The translations under genes were made by a program, and so were the position numbers. This document shows, one piece after another, positions 35,144 to 44,029 of a stretch of DNA of 64,000 nt. Numbering within the stretch: position 1 is the stretch's first letter; every line of letters begins with the position of its first letter. The notes below the pieces were generated by a model. The model ran no database searches. It was not told the origin of the DNA and worked only from the letters and a program-made list of their open reading frames with translations. This DNA comes from Erythrobacter sp. GTDB lineage: Bacteria > Pseudomonadota > Alphaproteobacteria > Sphingomonadales > Sphingomonadaceae. The stretch is taken from NCBI GenBank assembly GCA_025698865.1, contig JAILWQ010000002.1, forward strand, positions 144,385-208,384, in the 5' to 3' direction.

Positions 35144-36568
35144 CTACTCCCAGCCGAAGGCGCGACGGATGATGTGATAGATCAGGTTCTGCTCGATCAC
35201 GCCCTTGACCCCGTCGCTGCCCGGACCCTCGGCGAACAGCGCCACGTCCTCGCCTCCATGGGTCTCGGCACCAAGCGGAATCAGTGCCTGCTGGCGCGCG
35301 GCGATCCCGGTTTCGGGCATCGGGCGCTCCCCCGTGAACGCGCCCGGACCGGTCGCGTAGCTGAGCGTGGTGAAAGGCTTGCCGTCCGCGGCCAGCACCG
35401 GACCCTCGCCGCCCGGCCCATCCTCGCCGCCGCCCTCGGGCGCCTCGACCAGGCCGAGGATCGGATTGCCGCGCTTGGGATAGCCCGACATTGTGAAGAC
35501 ATGGCTGTGATCGGCGGTGACCATGATCAGCGTCTCGGCCGGGTCGGTGTGGTCGATCGCGTACTGGACCGCATTGGCCAGCTCGTCCGCTTCCTCCAGC
35601 GCATAGCCCGCCCGGCCCGCGTGATGGCCGTGATCGATCCGGCCGCCCTCGACCATCAGGTAATAGCCCTGCGGATCGTCATCGAGGCGGCGAATCGCCG
35701 CCGCGGTCATCTGGGTCAGCGTGGGCTCGCTGCTGTCGTCAGCACGTTCGGCCATGTAGGTCATATGGCTGGGCGCGAACAGGCCGAGGACCGGCTGGTC
35801 TTCCGGCGCGGCCGCGAGCTCGGCAGCGGTCGAGACCACGCTGCCGCCGGTGCGCCCGGCCCATTCGGCGGGCAGGTCGTCGTTCTCGGCCGTCCGGTCA
35901 CCCTGGCCCGCCTTGCCGAAGAACGTCGCGCGCCCGCCGCCTAGCGCCACGTCGAAATCGGTCTCGACCAGCTGGCGGGCGATGTCGCGACACCCAAAAT
36001 TGGCCTGTTCGGAGGAGATCACGCCATCGCTCTCCCAGTTGCGGTCGACGCTGCGGGCATAGACCGAAGCGGGCGTCGCATGGGTCAGCCGCGCCGTGCT
36101 GACGATGCCGAGCGCGAGCCCGCGGCGCTTCACCTCCTCGCCGAGCAGGGGCAGATGATGCTGCTCGCCCACCAGGCAATCGCCGCGCGGTGCGTCCGGC
36201 CCGATGCCGAGCATCCCCAGCCGCGTCTTGACGCCGGTGTGGATCGCGCTCGCCGTGCCGGCGCTGTCGGGCACCTGTGCGTCGGTGTTGTAGGTCTTGA
36301 CCAGCGCCACGTGATCGAACGTCTCGAACGGCAGGACATATTCCTCGCCGCTCTGCCCGCGCTTCTGCCCGGCATAGATCCGCGCCGCGGTGATGGTGGA
36401 GATGCCCATGCCGTCGCCGATGAAAAGTATGACGTTCTTCGCCCGCGGTGCATCCGGGGCCGGGGCGGAGGCCACGCGCTCCGTGCCGGTCGCGCCCGCC
36501 GTGCAGCCGCCGAGGAGGGGCGAAAGGGCGGCGGCGGCCATGCCGAGAGCGAGGGGGGTACGGATCAT
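35144..36568 (-). CDS. phoA: Alkaline phosphatase (PhoA family), lipoprotein
   Basis: Lipobox LGGC; 'NVILFIGDGMG', catalytic 'PDSAGTAS', 'THATPA', 'EGGRIDHGHH', 'VTADHSH', 'ETHGGEDV'. Confidence 0.93.
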   Translation of the reverse strand: MIRTPLALGMAAAALSPLLGGCTAGATGTERVASAPAPDAPRAKNVILFIGDGMGISTITAARIYAGQKRGQSGEEYVLPFETFDHVALVKTYNTDAQVPDSAGTASAIHTGVKTRLGMLGIGPDAPRGDCLVGEQHHLPLLGEEVKRRGLALGIVSTARLTHATPASVYARSVDRNWESDGVISSEQANFGCRDIARQLVETDFDVALGGGRATFFGKAGQGDRTAENDDLPAEWAGRTGGSVVSTAAELAAAPEDQPVLGLFAPSHMTYMAERADDSSEPTLTQMTAAAIRRLDDDPQGYYLMVEGGRIDHGHHAGRAGYALEEADELANAVQYAIDHTDPAETLIMVTADHSHVFTMSGYPKRGNPILGLVEAPEGGGEDGPGGEGPVLAADGKPFTTLSYATGPGAFTGERPMPETGIAARQQALIPLGAETHGGEDVALFAEGPGSDGVKGVIEQNLIYHIIRRAFGWE

Positions 36569-36628
36569 GGCGACGGGGTCTCCTGAGAAAATGTCTGCGC
36601 GCGTGCGGCGCTTACATGCATCCGCTTG

Positions 36629-36646
36629 ATGACAAAACCGTGAGCC
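36629..36646 (-). promoter_or_regulatory. Pho-box candidate upstream of the alkaline phosphatase
   Basis: Minus strand GGCTCAC-GGTT-TTGTCAT, against CTGTCAT-N4-CTGTCAY (4/7 and 6/7 matches). Confidence 0.45.
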
Positions 36647-36681
36647 TTGCCGCATCCCGGCCCGGACACTAGGTGACGCCC

Positions 36682-37479
36682 ATGCTTTCTGTCGCCAGCT
36701 GGAATATCAATTCGGTGCGCCTGCGCATGCCGATCGTGGAGCGTTTCCTGAAGGAACAGGCGCCCGACATCCTCTGCCTGCAGGAGATCAAGTGCCAGGA
36801 GCACCAGTTCCCCTACGAGGCCTTCCGGGAACTCGGCTACGGGCATTTCGCGGTCCACGGCCAGAAAGGCTATCACGGCGTCGCGACTGTCGGCAAAGTG
36901 CCGTTCCGCGATTTCTCGAAGCATGACTGGCAGGACAATGGCGAGGCGCGCCATGTCGGCGTCGAGCTGACCGATCCCGCGCATCAGGGTGCGATCGTCG
37001 AGAACGTCTATGTTCCGGCGGGGGGCGACATCCCCGATCGCGAGCTCAATCTCAAATTCGGCCAGAAGCTCGATTTCCTCGAGCGGATGACCCGCTGGGC
37101 CGACGCGGTCGACCGGCCGACGCTGATCGTGGGCGATTTCAACATTGCCCCGCTGGAAAGCGACGTGTGGAGCCACAAGCAGCTGCTCAAGGTCGTCAGC
37201 CATACGCCCGTCGAGGTCGAAAGCCTCCAGCGTTTCATGGACGCGCATGGCTGGGCCGATATCGGGCGCCAGCACATCGCCGCGCCGAACCGCTATTATA
37301 GCTGGTGGAGCTATCGTTCGAAGGACTGGCAGGCGAACGATCGCGGGCGCCGGCTCGACCATATGTGGGCCAGCCCCGAGCTCGCCGCGCAGGCGACCGG
37401 CCACCGCGTTCACGAAGATGCGCGCGGGTGGGAGAAGCCTTCCGACCATGTCCCGCTCGTGACCGAGTTCGACCTCTGA
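36682..37479 (+). CDS. xth: Exodeoxyribonuclease III
   Basis: 'ASWNINS', 'CLQEIK', 'GQKGYHGVA', 'VYVPAG', 'GDFNIAP', 'YSWWSYR', 'RRLDH', 'SDHVP'. Confidence 0.96.
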   Translation: MLSVASWNINSVRLRMPIVERFLKEQAPDILCLQEIKCQEHQFPYEAFRELGYGHFAVHGQKGYHGVATVGKVPFRDFSKHDWQDNGEARHVGVELTDPAHQGAIVENVYVPAGGDIPDRELNLKFGQKLDFLERMTRWADAVDRPTLIVGDFNIAPLESDVWSHKQLLKVVSHTPVEVESLQRFMDAHGWADIGRQHIAAPNRYYSWWSYRSKDWQANDRGRRLDHMWASPELAAQATGHRVHEDARGWEKPSDHVPLVTEFDL

Positions 37480-38546
37480 CAAGCGAACCGGGATCGGCAC
37501 GGGCCGCGGCGCAGGCAGTCGACGCCCTGCGACACGGATGGCCGATCGCGATCGACGGCGCGCCGGTGCTACAACCGGTCGAGACGGCCTATGGACCGGA
37601 CCTGCGCGCCGAGACCATGCTCATCTCGGCCAGCCGCGCCGCGACTCTGAAGCTCGCCAACCAGCGCGAGGCGGCGGTTCCGGGCGAGCCCGTGCTCCTG
37701 CGCGGGGCGGAACCTTTCGACCGGGACATGGCGCTCGCCGTGGCGGACCCCGCGCTGGATCTCGCCCGGCCGATGAAGGGTCCGTTCAAGGCGGTCGGCT
37801 GCGCGTGGGACGAGGCAGCGCGCACCGCGCTTGAACTCGCACGGGTCGCAGGGATCCTGCCCGCTTTCATGGTCGCGCCGGACAAGGCCGAAGAGCCCGT
37901 GCACCTGGCTTCAGCCGACTTCGCCGCCTTCGCCGATCCCGCCCGGCTCCTGATCGCCAGCCGCGCGCGCCTGCCCGTCAGCGTGGCGGAAAACACCGAG
38001 ATCGTCGCCTTCCGCAGTCCGGCCGATACGCGCGAACATGTGGCGCTGGTCATCGGCAATCGCACGGGGGAGACGATACCGCTGGTCCGCCTTCATTCCG
38101 AATGCCTCACCGGCGATGTCTTTGGCAGCCTCAAATGCGATTGCGGCCCGCAGCTCGACGGCGCGCTGGCGGCGATGGCGCGCGAGGCGCGGGAGAGCGA
38201 TGGCTGGGGCGTGGTGCTCTACATGCGGCAGGAGGGGCGCGGCATCGGCCTCGTCAACAAGCTGCGCGCCTACCGCTTGCAGGATCAGGGCTTCGACACG
38301 GTGGACGCCAATACCAGGCTGGGCCTGCCCGACGAGGCGCGCGACTTTCCCACCGCCGCGCGGATGCTCGACCTGCTGGGGATCGGTGCGATCCGCCTCC
38401 TGACCAACAATCCGGCCAAGGTCGCGACGCTCGCCGCCCACGGAGTCGAGGTGGTCGAACGGGTGCCGCACGCCCTACCCGACAACCCGCACAACGCGCA
38501 TTATCTCGCCACCAAGCGCGACCGCGCGGGGCATCTCCTGCCCTGA
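37476..38546 (+). CDS. ribA: GTP cyclohydrolase II with a degenerate RibB-like N-terminal domain
   Basis: 'VRLHSECLTGDVFGSLKCDCG', 'QEGRGIGLVNKL.AY', 'LLTNNP.K'. Start uncertain; probably CTG overlapping the xth stop. Confidence 0.9.
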   Translation: MTSEPGSARAAAQAVDALRHGWPIAIDGAPVLQPVETAYGPDLRAETMLISASRAATLKLANQREAAVPGEPVLLRGAEPFDRDMALAVADPALDLARPMKGPFKAVGCAWDEAARTALELARVAGILPAFMVAPDKAEEPVHLASADFAAFADPARLLIASRARLPVSVAENTEIVAFRSPADTREHVALVIGNRTGETIPLVRLHSECLTGDVFGSLKCDCGPQLDGALAAMAREARESDGWGVVLYMRQEGRGIGLVNKLRAYRLQDQGFDTVDANTRLGLPDEARDFPTAARMLDLLGIGAIRLLTNNPAKVATLAAHGVEVVERVPHALPDNPHNAHYLATKRDRAGHLLP

Positions 38547-38650
38547 ACTGACCGCCTGCCCTGCCCGAGAAACGGGGACCCTCTCGCCGATGTCGTGCGT
38601 TGAGACCCGTAACCCGCCGGAAACGGTGCCGTTTTCTCTCAGAGGTCATC

Positions 38651-39370
38651 ATGCGTTCGTTCCTCACCCGCCCCCTGCTCGGTATCGCCGCTGCCGTGGC
38701 ACTGATCGGCAACACGCCGGCCGAGGTCGACGATCTGATGGCGTCGGGCAGCGAGGCGCAGGCTTTCGCTGCGGCCGAGGCCGGCGCGGATGCGGGCGAT
38801 GCCGAACTGACCGGCTATCTCGGCTGGTTCTACGACAATGGCCGGTTCGTGCCGCGCGACGCCGCGCGTGCTGCCGAACTTTACCGCGCCGGGGCCGATA
38901 AAGGCGACGCTTTCTCGCAGTGGCGCCTCGCGGTGATGATCGACGAGGGCACCGTGGCCGGATCGCTCGAGGAAGCGGTCGCCCTGTTCCGCAGTGCCGC
39001 CGCCCAGCGCAATTCTGATGGCATGGTCGGGCTTGCCGTCATGCACGCCACCGGTCGGGGCGCACAGCGCGATTTCGAAGCGACCATGCGCTATTACCAG
39101 GCCGCAGCGCGGCTGGGCAATCCGCACGGTCTGCAGGGCATCGGCGTGCTCTACGCCAATGGCGAGGGCGTGACCCGCGACATGGAGGAGGCCGTCGCCT
39201 ACTGGATCGTCGCCAGCGCCGCGGGCGATACGAAATCGGACGAACTGCTGGCGAAATTCATGCCGCAGGGCGACGCGCAGATTGCCGACAGCGTGGTGGA
39301 GCGCGCCGACCGCATCGCGCGCAGCTACAATCTCGCGCGCTTCGACACGACCGCCGACAGGGGCCGTTAA
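38651..39370 (+). CDS. Secreted Sel1-repeat protein
   Basis: Signal peptide; four Sel1-like units (LG..Y..G..V.RD...A...Y..AA..G). Confidence 0.88.
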   Translation: MRSFLTRPLLGIAAAVALIGNTPAEVDDLMASGSEAQAFAAAEAGADAGDAELTGYLGWFYDNGRFVPRDAARAAELYRAGADKGDAFSQWRLAVMIDEGTVAGSLEEAVALFRSAAAQRNSDGMVGLAVMHATGRGAQRDFEATMRYYQAAARLGNPHGLQGIGVLYANGEGVTRDMEEAVAYWIVASAAGDTKSDELLAKFMPQGDAQIADSVVERADRIARSYNLARFDTTADRGR

Positions 39371-40326
39371 CGCCGCTCCAGCCGTGTGAGGCCGGTGCCG
39401 AGCGTGTTGCCTTCGATCACCAGCCTGTCTCCGGTCCAGTCGGCCACGAAGGCGCTCGATCGCCGCACGCCGGGTGCGAAGCGTGCGTCGTTGCCGGTGA
39501 TCCGCAGACCGTCCGAGCTGAAGCTCGCCCCTTCCGCTCCGACCGCGATGAAGGCGGAGTAGTTCTCCTTGTCGCGCCCCTGGACGAAGCGATTGCCCTC
39601 GATCGCGCCGGTCCCGCCATTGGGCAGATCGATCATGTAATTGGTGCCCTGCCCGACGGCATCGTCGAAGCTGCTGTCGCGCGCATCGGTGCGGGCGGCG
39701 CGGGATTTGAGGTAATGGCCGCCCCGCCCCCGCTCGAACCGGGTGCGGGTGACGACCACCTCGCCCAGTTCGCCGGCATAGATCGAATGCGCGCATCCGC
39801 CCGCGCCCTCGCAGGTGCCGAGGCCGCTGAAAGTGGACTTGTCGACCGTGAGACGGCCCGCCGGGTCGGCATGGGTCAGGATGCCCTGCTGGCTGTCGCG
39901 GAACCAGCTCTGCGACACGGTAACCTCGCCGCCTTCCATGCGGATGCCCGCGCCGTTGCCGTCCTCGACCGCCAGATTGGCGAAGACGATCCCTTCGACG
40001 AAGGTGCTGTCGCCGCGCAGGACGAAGGCAGCCTTGCCCTCGCACGCGACCCCGTCGAAAATCGCCTTGCCCGGCTCGACCGCGCGGATCGCCACGCGTC
40101 CGGCATTCTGCACGGCGCATTCGCGATAGGTGCCGGGCGCGACCATCACGGTGGCACTGCCCGAACCGATCGCGTCGAGCGCCTGCTGCAACGATCCGTA
40201 TCCCTGCCCCGTCTCGGCGACGGTGAACGGCGCCCCGCCCGGCTGGGCGAGCGGCGCGGCGGCGGGGATGGCGGCGAGCGCGAGGCCGGCGGCCAGCAGC
40301 GCGGGAATCGAGATCGTGTTCATCAT
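39367..40326 (-). CDS. Secreted right-handed parallel beta-helix protein
   Basis: Signal peptide; repeated beta-helix rungs ('VEGIVF', 'GNGAGIRMEGG', 'VSQSWF', 'VDKSTF', 'IEGNRF', 'ITGN', 'IEGN'). Confidence 0.8.
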   Translation of the reverse strand: MMNTISIPALLAAGLALAAIPAAAPLAQPGGAPFTVAETGQGYGSLQQALDAIGSGSATVMVAPGTYRECAVQNAGRVAIRAVEPGKAIFDGVACEGKAAFVLRGDSTFVEGIVFANLAVEDGNGAGIRMEGGEVTVSQSWFRDSQQGILTHADPAGRLTVDKSTFSGLGTCEGAGGCAHSIYAGELGEVVVTRTRFERGRGGHYLKSRAARTDARDSSFDDAVGQGTNYMIDLPNGGTGAIEGNRFVQGRDKENYSAFIAVGAEGASFSSDGLRITGNDARFAPGVRRSSAFVADWTGDRLVIEGNTLGTGLTRLERR

Positions 40327-40391
40327 CGCGGTCTATCGCGGAACGCCATCCGCTCCGATCGAAATCGGGCGGCCGTGGCATAGTGGCACGG

Positions 40392-42200
40392 TCAGTTGTC
40401 GGCGATCGCCTTCAGGAACCGCGCGCCATAGGCCTCGAGCTTCTTGGCCCCGACTCCGCCGATCGCGCCCAGCGCGGCGAGCGTGGCGGGCCGCTCCTGC
40501 GCCATTTCGCGCAGGGTCGAATCATGGAACACCACATAGGGCGGCACGCCTGCCTCCTGTGCCAGTTCGCGCCGCACCTCGCGCAGGGCCTCGAACAGCG
40601 GATCGCCTACCGGGTTGGGCGCAGAATTGCGCGCCGAACCACGCGAACGCCGACCGCCGCGCTCGCGCGCGGGCGGAACGACAATCTCGACTGGCTTCTC
40701 GCCCGTGATGATCTCCCGCGCATCCCCGCCGAGCGCCAGCCCGCCATGCTCGGTCGCGACCAGCGCGCCGCGGGCCTGCAATGCGCGCGAAAGCGGGCGC
40801 AGCAAGCCCGCCTCCTCACCCTCGACGATGCCGAAAACCGACAGGCGATCGTGCCCGCGCTGTTCCACCCGCTCGTCCCGCGCGCCGGTCAGCACCTTCT
40901 GGACATGCCCGAAGCCGAAGCTCTGCCCGGTGCGATAGACCGCCGAGAGGAGCTTGCGCGCGAGCTGGGTCACGTCGGTCACGCCGGGCCGTTCCAAACA
41001 ATTGTCGCAATTGCCGCATGTCTCCGGCGGATCCTCCCCGAAATGGCGCAGCAGCACCGCGCGGCGGCACTCGGCGGTCTCCACCAGACCGGCCAGCGCA
41101 TCCAGCCGGGCGCGCTCGCTCGCCTGCCTGTCCGTAGGCAGTTCGCCGAGCCGCTGGCGCGCAGTGGCGAAATCGGCCGCACCCCAGAACATCGTCGCCA
41201 GCGCCGGGTCCCCGTCGCGGCCCGCGCGGCCGGTCTCTTGGTAATAGGCCTCGATCGATTTCGGAATGCCGGCATGGGCGACGAAGCGCACGTCCGGCTT
41301 GTCGATCCCCATCCCGAAAGCGATGGTGGCAACGACCACCATGTCCTCGCTCGCGACGAACGCTTCCTGATTCGCCGCGCGCACCGCCGAGTCGAGACCG
41401 GCATGGTAGGCGCGCACCTCGCGCCCGGTTGCGGCGGCGAGCTTTTCGGCCAAGTCCTCCACCTTGCGTCGGGTCGGGGCGTAGACGATGCCGGGGCCGG
41501 GCTGCTCGGTCATCAGCGCGGCGATCTGGCGCACCGGATTGTCGCGGTGGCGCATGGCGTAACGGATGTTGGGCCGGTCGAAGCCGGCGAGCACCAGCCC
41601 GTCCTCCGGAATGCCGAGCTGGGCCATCACATCGGCGCGCGTCTGCGCGTCGGCAGTGGCGGTCAGCGCGAGGCGGGGCACGTCCGGAAAGGCGTCCATC
41701 AGCGGGCGCAACTGGCGGTAGTCGGGGCGGAAATCGTGGCCCCATTCCGATACGCAATGCGCCTCGTCCACCGCGAACAGCGCCAGCGGCGCGCTGGAGA
41801 GCAGGTCGCGGAAACCCGGCTGGCTGGCGCGTTCGGGGGCAACGTAGAGCAGGTCGAGCTCGCCCGCGCGGAAGGCGGCGATGGTCTCGCGCCAGTCCTC
41901 GTCGACGCTGGTGAGAGTGGCGGCGCGGATGCCGTTCGCCCGCGCGGCGCGCAGCTGGTCGTGCATCAGCGCGATCAGCGGACTGACGACGACGCAGCAC
42001 CCTTCCAGCATCACGGCGGGCAGCTGGTAGGTGAGCGACTTGCCCGCGCCGGTGGGCATCACCGCCAGCGTGGACCGCCCGGCGAGCGTGCGGGAAACGA
42101 CGTCGCCCTGCCGCCCCCGAAACCCGTCGAAACCGAACACGCGGCGCAGCGTTTCGCGCGCCGGGGCGAGTTCGTCCTCGATGGCGGTCGTGTCGGTCAT
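40392..42200 (-). CDS. recQ: ATP-dependent DNA helicase RecQ
   Basis: 'MPTGAGKSLTYQLPA', 'VDEAHCVSEWGHDFRP', 'AYYQETGRAGRDG', Zn site 'CRR...CGNCDNC', RQC and HRDC domains. Confidence 0.97.
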   Translation of the reverse strand: MTDTTAIEDELAPARETLRRVFGFDGFRGRQGDVVSRTLAGRSTLAVMPTGAGKSLTYQLPAVMLEGCCVVVSPLIALMHDQLRAARANGIRAATLTSVDEDWRETIAAFRAGELDLLYVAPERASQPGFRDLLSSAPLALFAVDEAHCVSEWGHDFRPDYRQLRPLMDAFPDVPRLALTATADAQTRADVMAQLGIPEDGLVLAGFDRPNIRYAMRHRDNPVRQIAALMTEQPGPGIVYAPTRRKVEDLAEKLAAATGREVRAYHAGLDSAVRAANQEAFVASEDMVVVATIAFGMGIDKPDVRFVAHAGIPKSIEAYYQETGRAGRDGDPALATMFWGAADFATARQRLGELPTDRQASERARLDALAGLVETAECRRAVLLRHFGEDPPETCGNCDNCLERPGVTDVTQLARKLLSAVYRTGQSFGFGHVQKVLTGARDERVEQRGHDRLSVFGIVEGEEAGLLRPLSRALQARGALVATEHGGLALGGDAREIITGEKPVEIVVPPARERGGRRSRGSARNSAPNPVGDPLFEALREVRRELAQEAGVPPYVVFHDSTLREMAQERPATLAALGAIGGVGAKKLEAYGARFLKAIADN

Positions 42201-42335
42201 CGCATCGCGCATGACAGATCGGCACGGCGAAATGAACGGGCCAGCTTTCGTTTTTCCCCTTGGCCGCGGCTCGCCCACGGTATTAGAACCCCGGCCGATG
42301 CAATTATTCCAACGCCTTTTATCGGAGATCCGAAA

Positions 42336-42641
42336 ATGAAGTTCCGTATCGCGCTTGCCGCTCCCGCCCTCCTCGCGCTCGGCCTTGCGGCCTGCGGCAG
42401 CTCCGACGACGCTTCGACCGAAGCCGAGGTCGACACGGTCGAAATCCCCGCCAACGACGCGCTCGAAGGTGTGAACGAGGCCCCGGTGGTCGATCCCGAC
42501 GCGACCGTCACGACCGAGCCTTCCGATGTCCAGACCACCGACGAGGCCGCCGCCAACGAGGCGCAGGGGATCGAGGACGCCGGCAACAACGCTGCCGACA
42601 CCGCCGCCGCCGCGATGGACGAGATGGACCTCAACGAGTGA
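42336..42641 (+). CDS. Small acidic lipoprotein, unknown function
   Basis: GGAG SD; MKFRIALAAPALLALGLAAC lipobox; D/E/A/T-rich low-complexity body. Confidence 0.8.
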   Translation: MKFRIALAAPALLALGLAACGSSDDASTEAEVDTVEIPANDALEGVNEAPVVDPDATVTTEPSDVQTTDEAAANEAQGIEDAGNNAADTAAAAMDEMDLNE

Positions 42642-42859
42642 TCTTCCGGCGCGCGCTCGCGATTGTGACGCTGTCCATGGCAGGGCTCGCCTCGTGTGGC
42701 CCTGCGGACACCGACCCGGGACCGGGCGGCGTCACCGTGGGGGAAGCGCGCGCGCTGGACGAAGCGGCGGCAATGATCGAAGAACGCCGCACCCCGGCCG
42801 AAGCGCTGGCCGGTGAACAGACAACGCAGGACGAGAATGGAGACGATGCCGGTGAATGA
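42638..42859 (+). CDS. Small lipoprotein, unknown function
   Basis: GTG overlaps the upstream TGA; lipobox LASC; 'GPGGVTVGEARALDEAAAMIE' core. Confidence 0.7.
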   Translation: MIFRRALAIVTLSMAGLASCGPADTDPGPGGVTVGEARALDEAAAMIEERRTPAEALAGEQTTQDENGDDAGE

Positions 42860-42863
42860 GGGA

Positions 42864-44024
42864 ATGGACAGCGAGACTTTCGACCAGTTCCTCGACCAGC
42901 TGCATCGCTACGTCCGCGAACGCCTGATCCCGGCGGAAGCCGAGGTCATCGCCGAGGACAGGATTCCCGACGACATCCTTGCCGAGATGAAGGAAATGGG
43001 CCTGTTCGGCCTGACCGTGCCCGAGGAGTTCGGCGGCGCGGGGCTCAGCATCACGCAATATGCCAAGGTCGTGCATGCGATGGCCTATGCCGCGCCGGCC
43101 TTCCGCTCGATCTTCTCGATCAATGTCGGCATGTTCAATTCCGCGATCAAGAATGGTGGGACCGAGGCACAGAAGGCCGAATGGTGGCCCAGGATCGCCG
43201 AGGGTTCGATCGCTTGCTTCGGCCTGACCGAACCGGGCTCGGGCAGCGACAGCGCCGCCATGCAGACCTCCGCGCGTCCCGATCCTACGGGTAATGGCTG
43301 GATCCTCAACGGCACGAAGCGGTACATCACCAACGCACCCCACGCCGATGTCGCGCTGATCATGGCGCGGACCGAAAAGGAGGCGCAGCCCAAGAACGCC
43401 CATGTCAGCGCTTTCATCGTTCCGATGGACACGCCCGGCGTCTCTGTCGGCAGTCCGGACAAGAAGATGGGTCAGGCGGGCAGCCATATCGCCGACGTGA
43501 TGCTCGACGATGTCCATGTGCCGGGCGATGCGCTGCTCGGCGGCGAAACGGGACAGGGCTTCCGTTTCGCCATGATGAGCCTCGACAATGGCCGCATATC
43601 GGTCGGCGCGGCGAGCGCGGGCTATGCGCGCCGGGCGCTCGACAGCGCGACGAAATATGCCAGCGAACGCCAGGCCTTTGGCGAACCGATCGCCAATTTC
43701 CAGCTGATCCAGCAGATGCTGGCGGAAAGCTGGACCGAAATCTACGCCGCCGAGGCTATGATGGCCGACGTGACCGCGCGGGTCGACCGGGGCGAGAACA
43801 CGGTCAAGCACGCCGCCGCCTTCAAGGTGTTTGCCTCCGAGATGTGCGGGCGCGTGGTCGACCGGGTGGTGCAGATCTATGGCGGAGCCGGCTATCTCGC
43901 CGAATACGACGCGGAACGCTTCTTCCGCGATGCACGCATCTACCGCATCTACGAAGGGACCACGCAGATCCTCCAGTTGCAGATCGCCAAACACATGCTG
44001 CGCGATTTCGCCGCCGGGCTCTGA
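42864..44024 (+). CDS. Acyl-CoA dehydrogenase
   Basis: 'GLFGLTVPEEFGG', 'FGLTEPGSGSD', 'LNGTKRYITN', 'ERQAFG', 'QIYGGAGY', 'RIYEGTTQI'. Confidence 0.95.
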   Translation: MDSETFDQFLDQLHRYVRERLIPAEAEVIAEDRIPDDILAEMKEMGLFGLTVPEEFGGAGLSITQYAKVVHAMAYAAPAFRSIFSINVGMFNSAIKNGGTEAQKAEWWPRIAEGSIACFGLTEPGSGSDSAAMQTSARPDPTGNGWILNGTKRYITNAPHADVALIMARTEKEAQPKNAHVSAFIVPMDTPGVSVGSPDKKMGQAGSHIADVMLDDVHVPGDALLGGETGQGFRFAMMSLDNGRISVGAASAGYARRALDSATKYASERQAFGEPIANFQLIQQMLAESWTEIYAAEAMMADVTARVDRGENTVKHAAAFKVFASEMCGRVVDRVVQIYGGAGYLAEYDAERFFRDARIYRIYEGTTQILQLQIAKHMLRDFAAGL

Positions 44025-44029
44025 ACGGT

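Noticed and set aside
34966-35172. 68-aa ORF between the sRNA terminator and phoA
   Set aside because: TTG start inside the terminator U-tract, no SD, no recognisable features, and it overlaps the phoA end.
42285-42308. EcfG promoter for the 42336 lipoprotein
   Set aside because: AGAAC-N15-TATT has a short spacer and mismatches in both boxes.
40383-42641. 752-aa plus-strand ORF
   Set aside because: Antisense shadow of recQ; only the last 101 aa (lipoprotein from ATG 42336 with SD) are credible.
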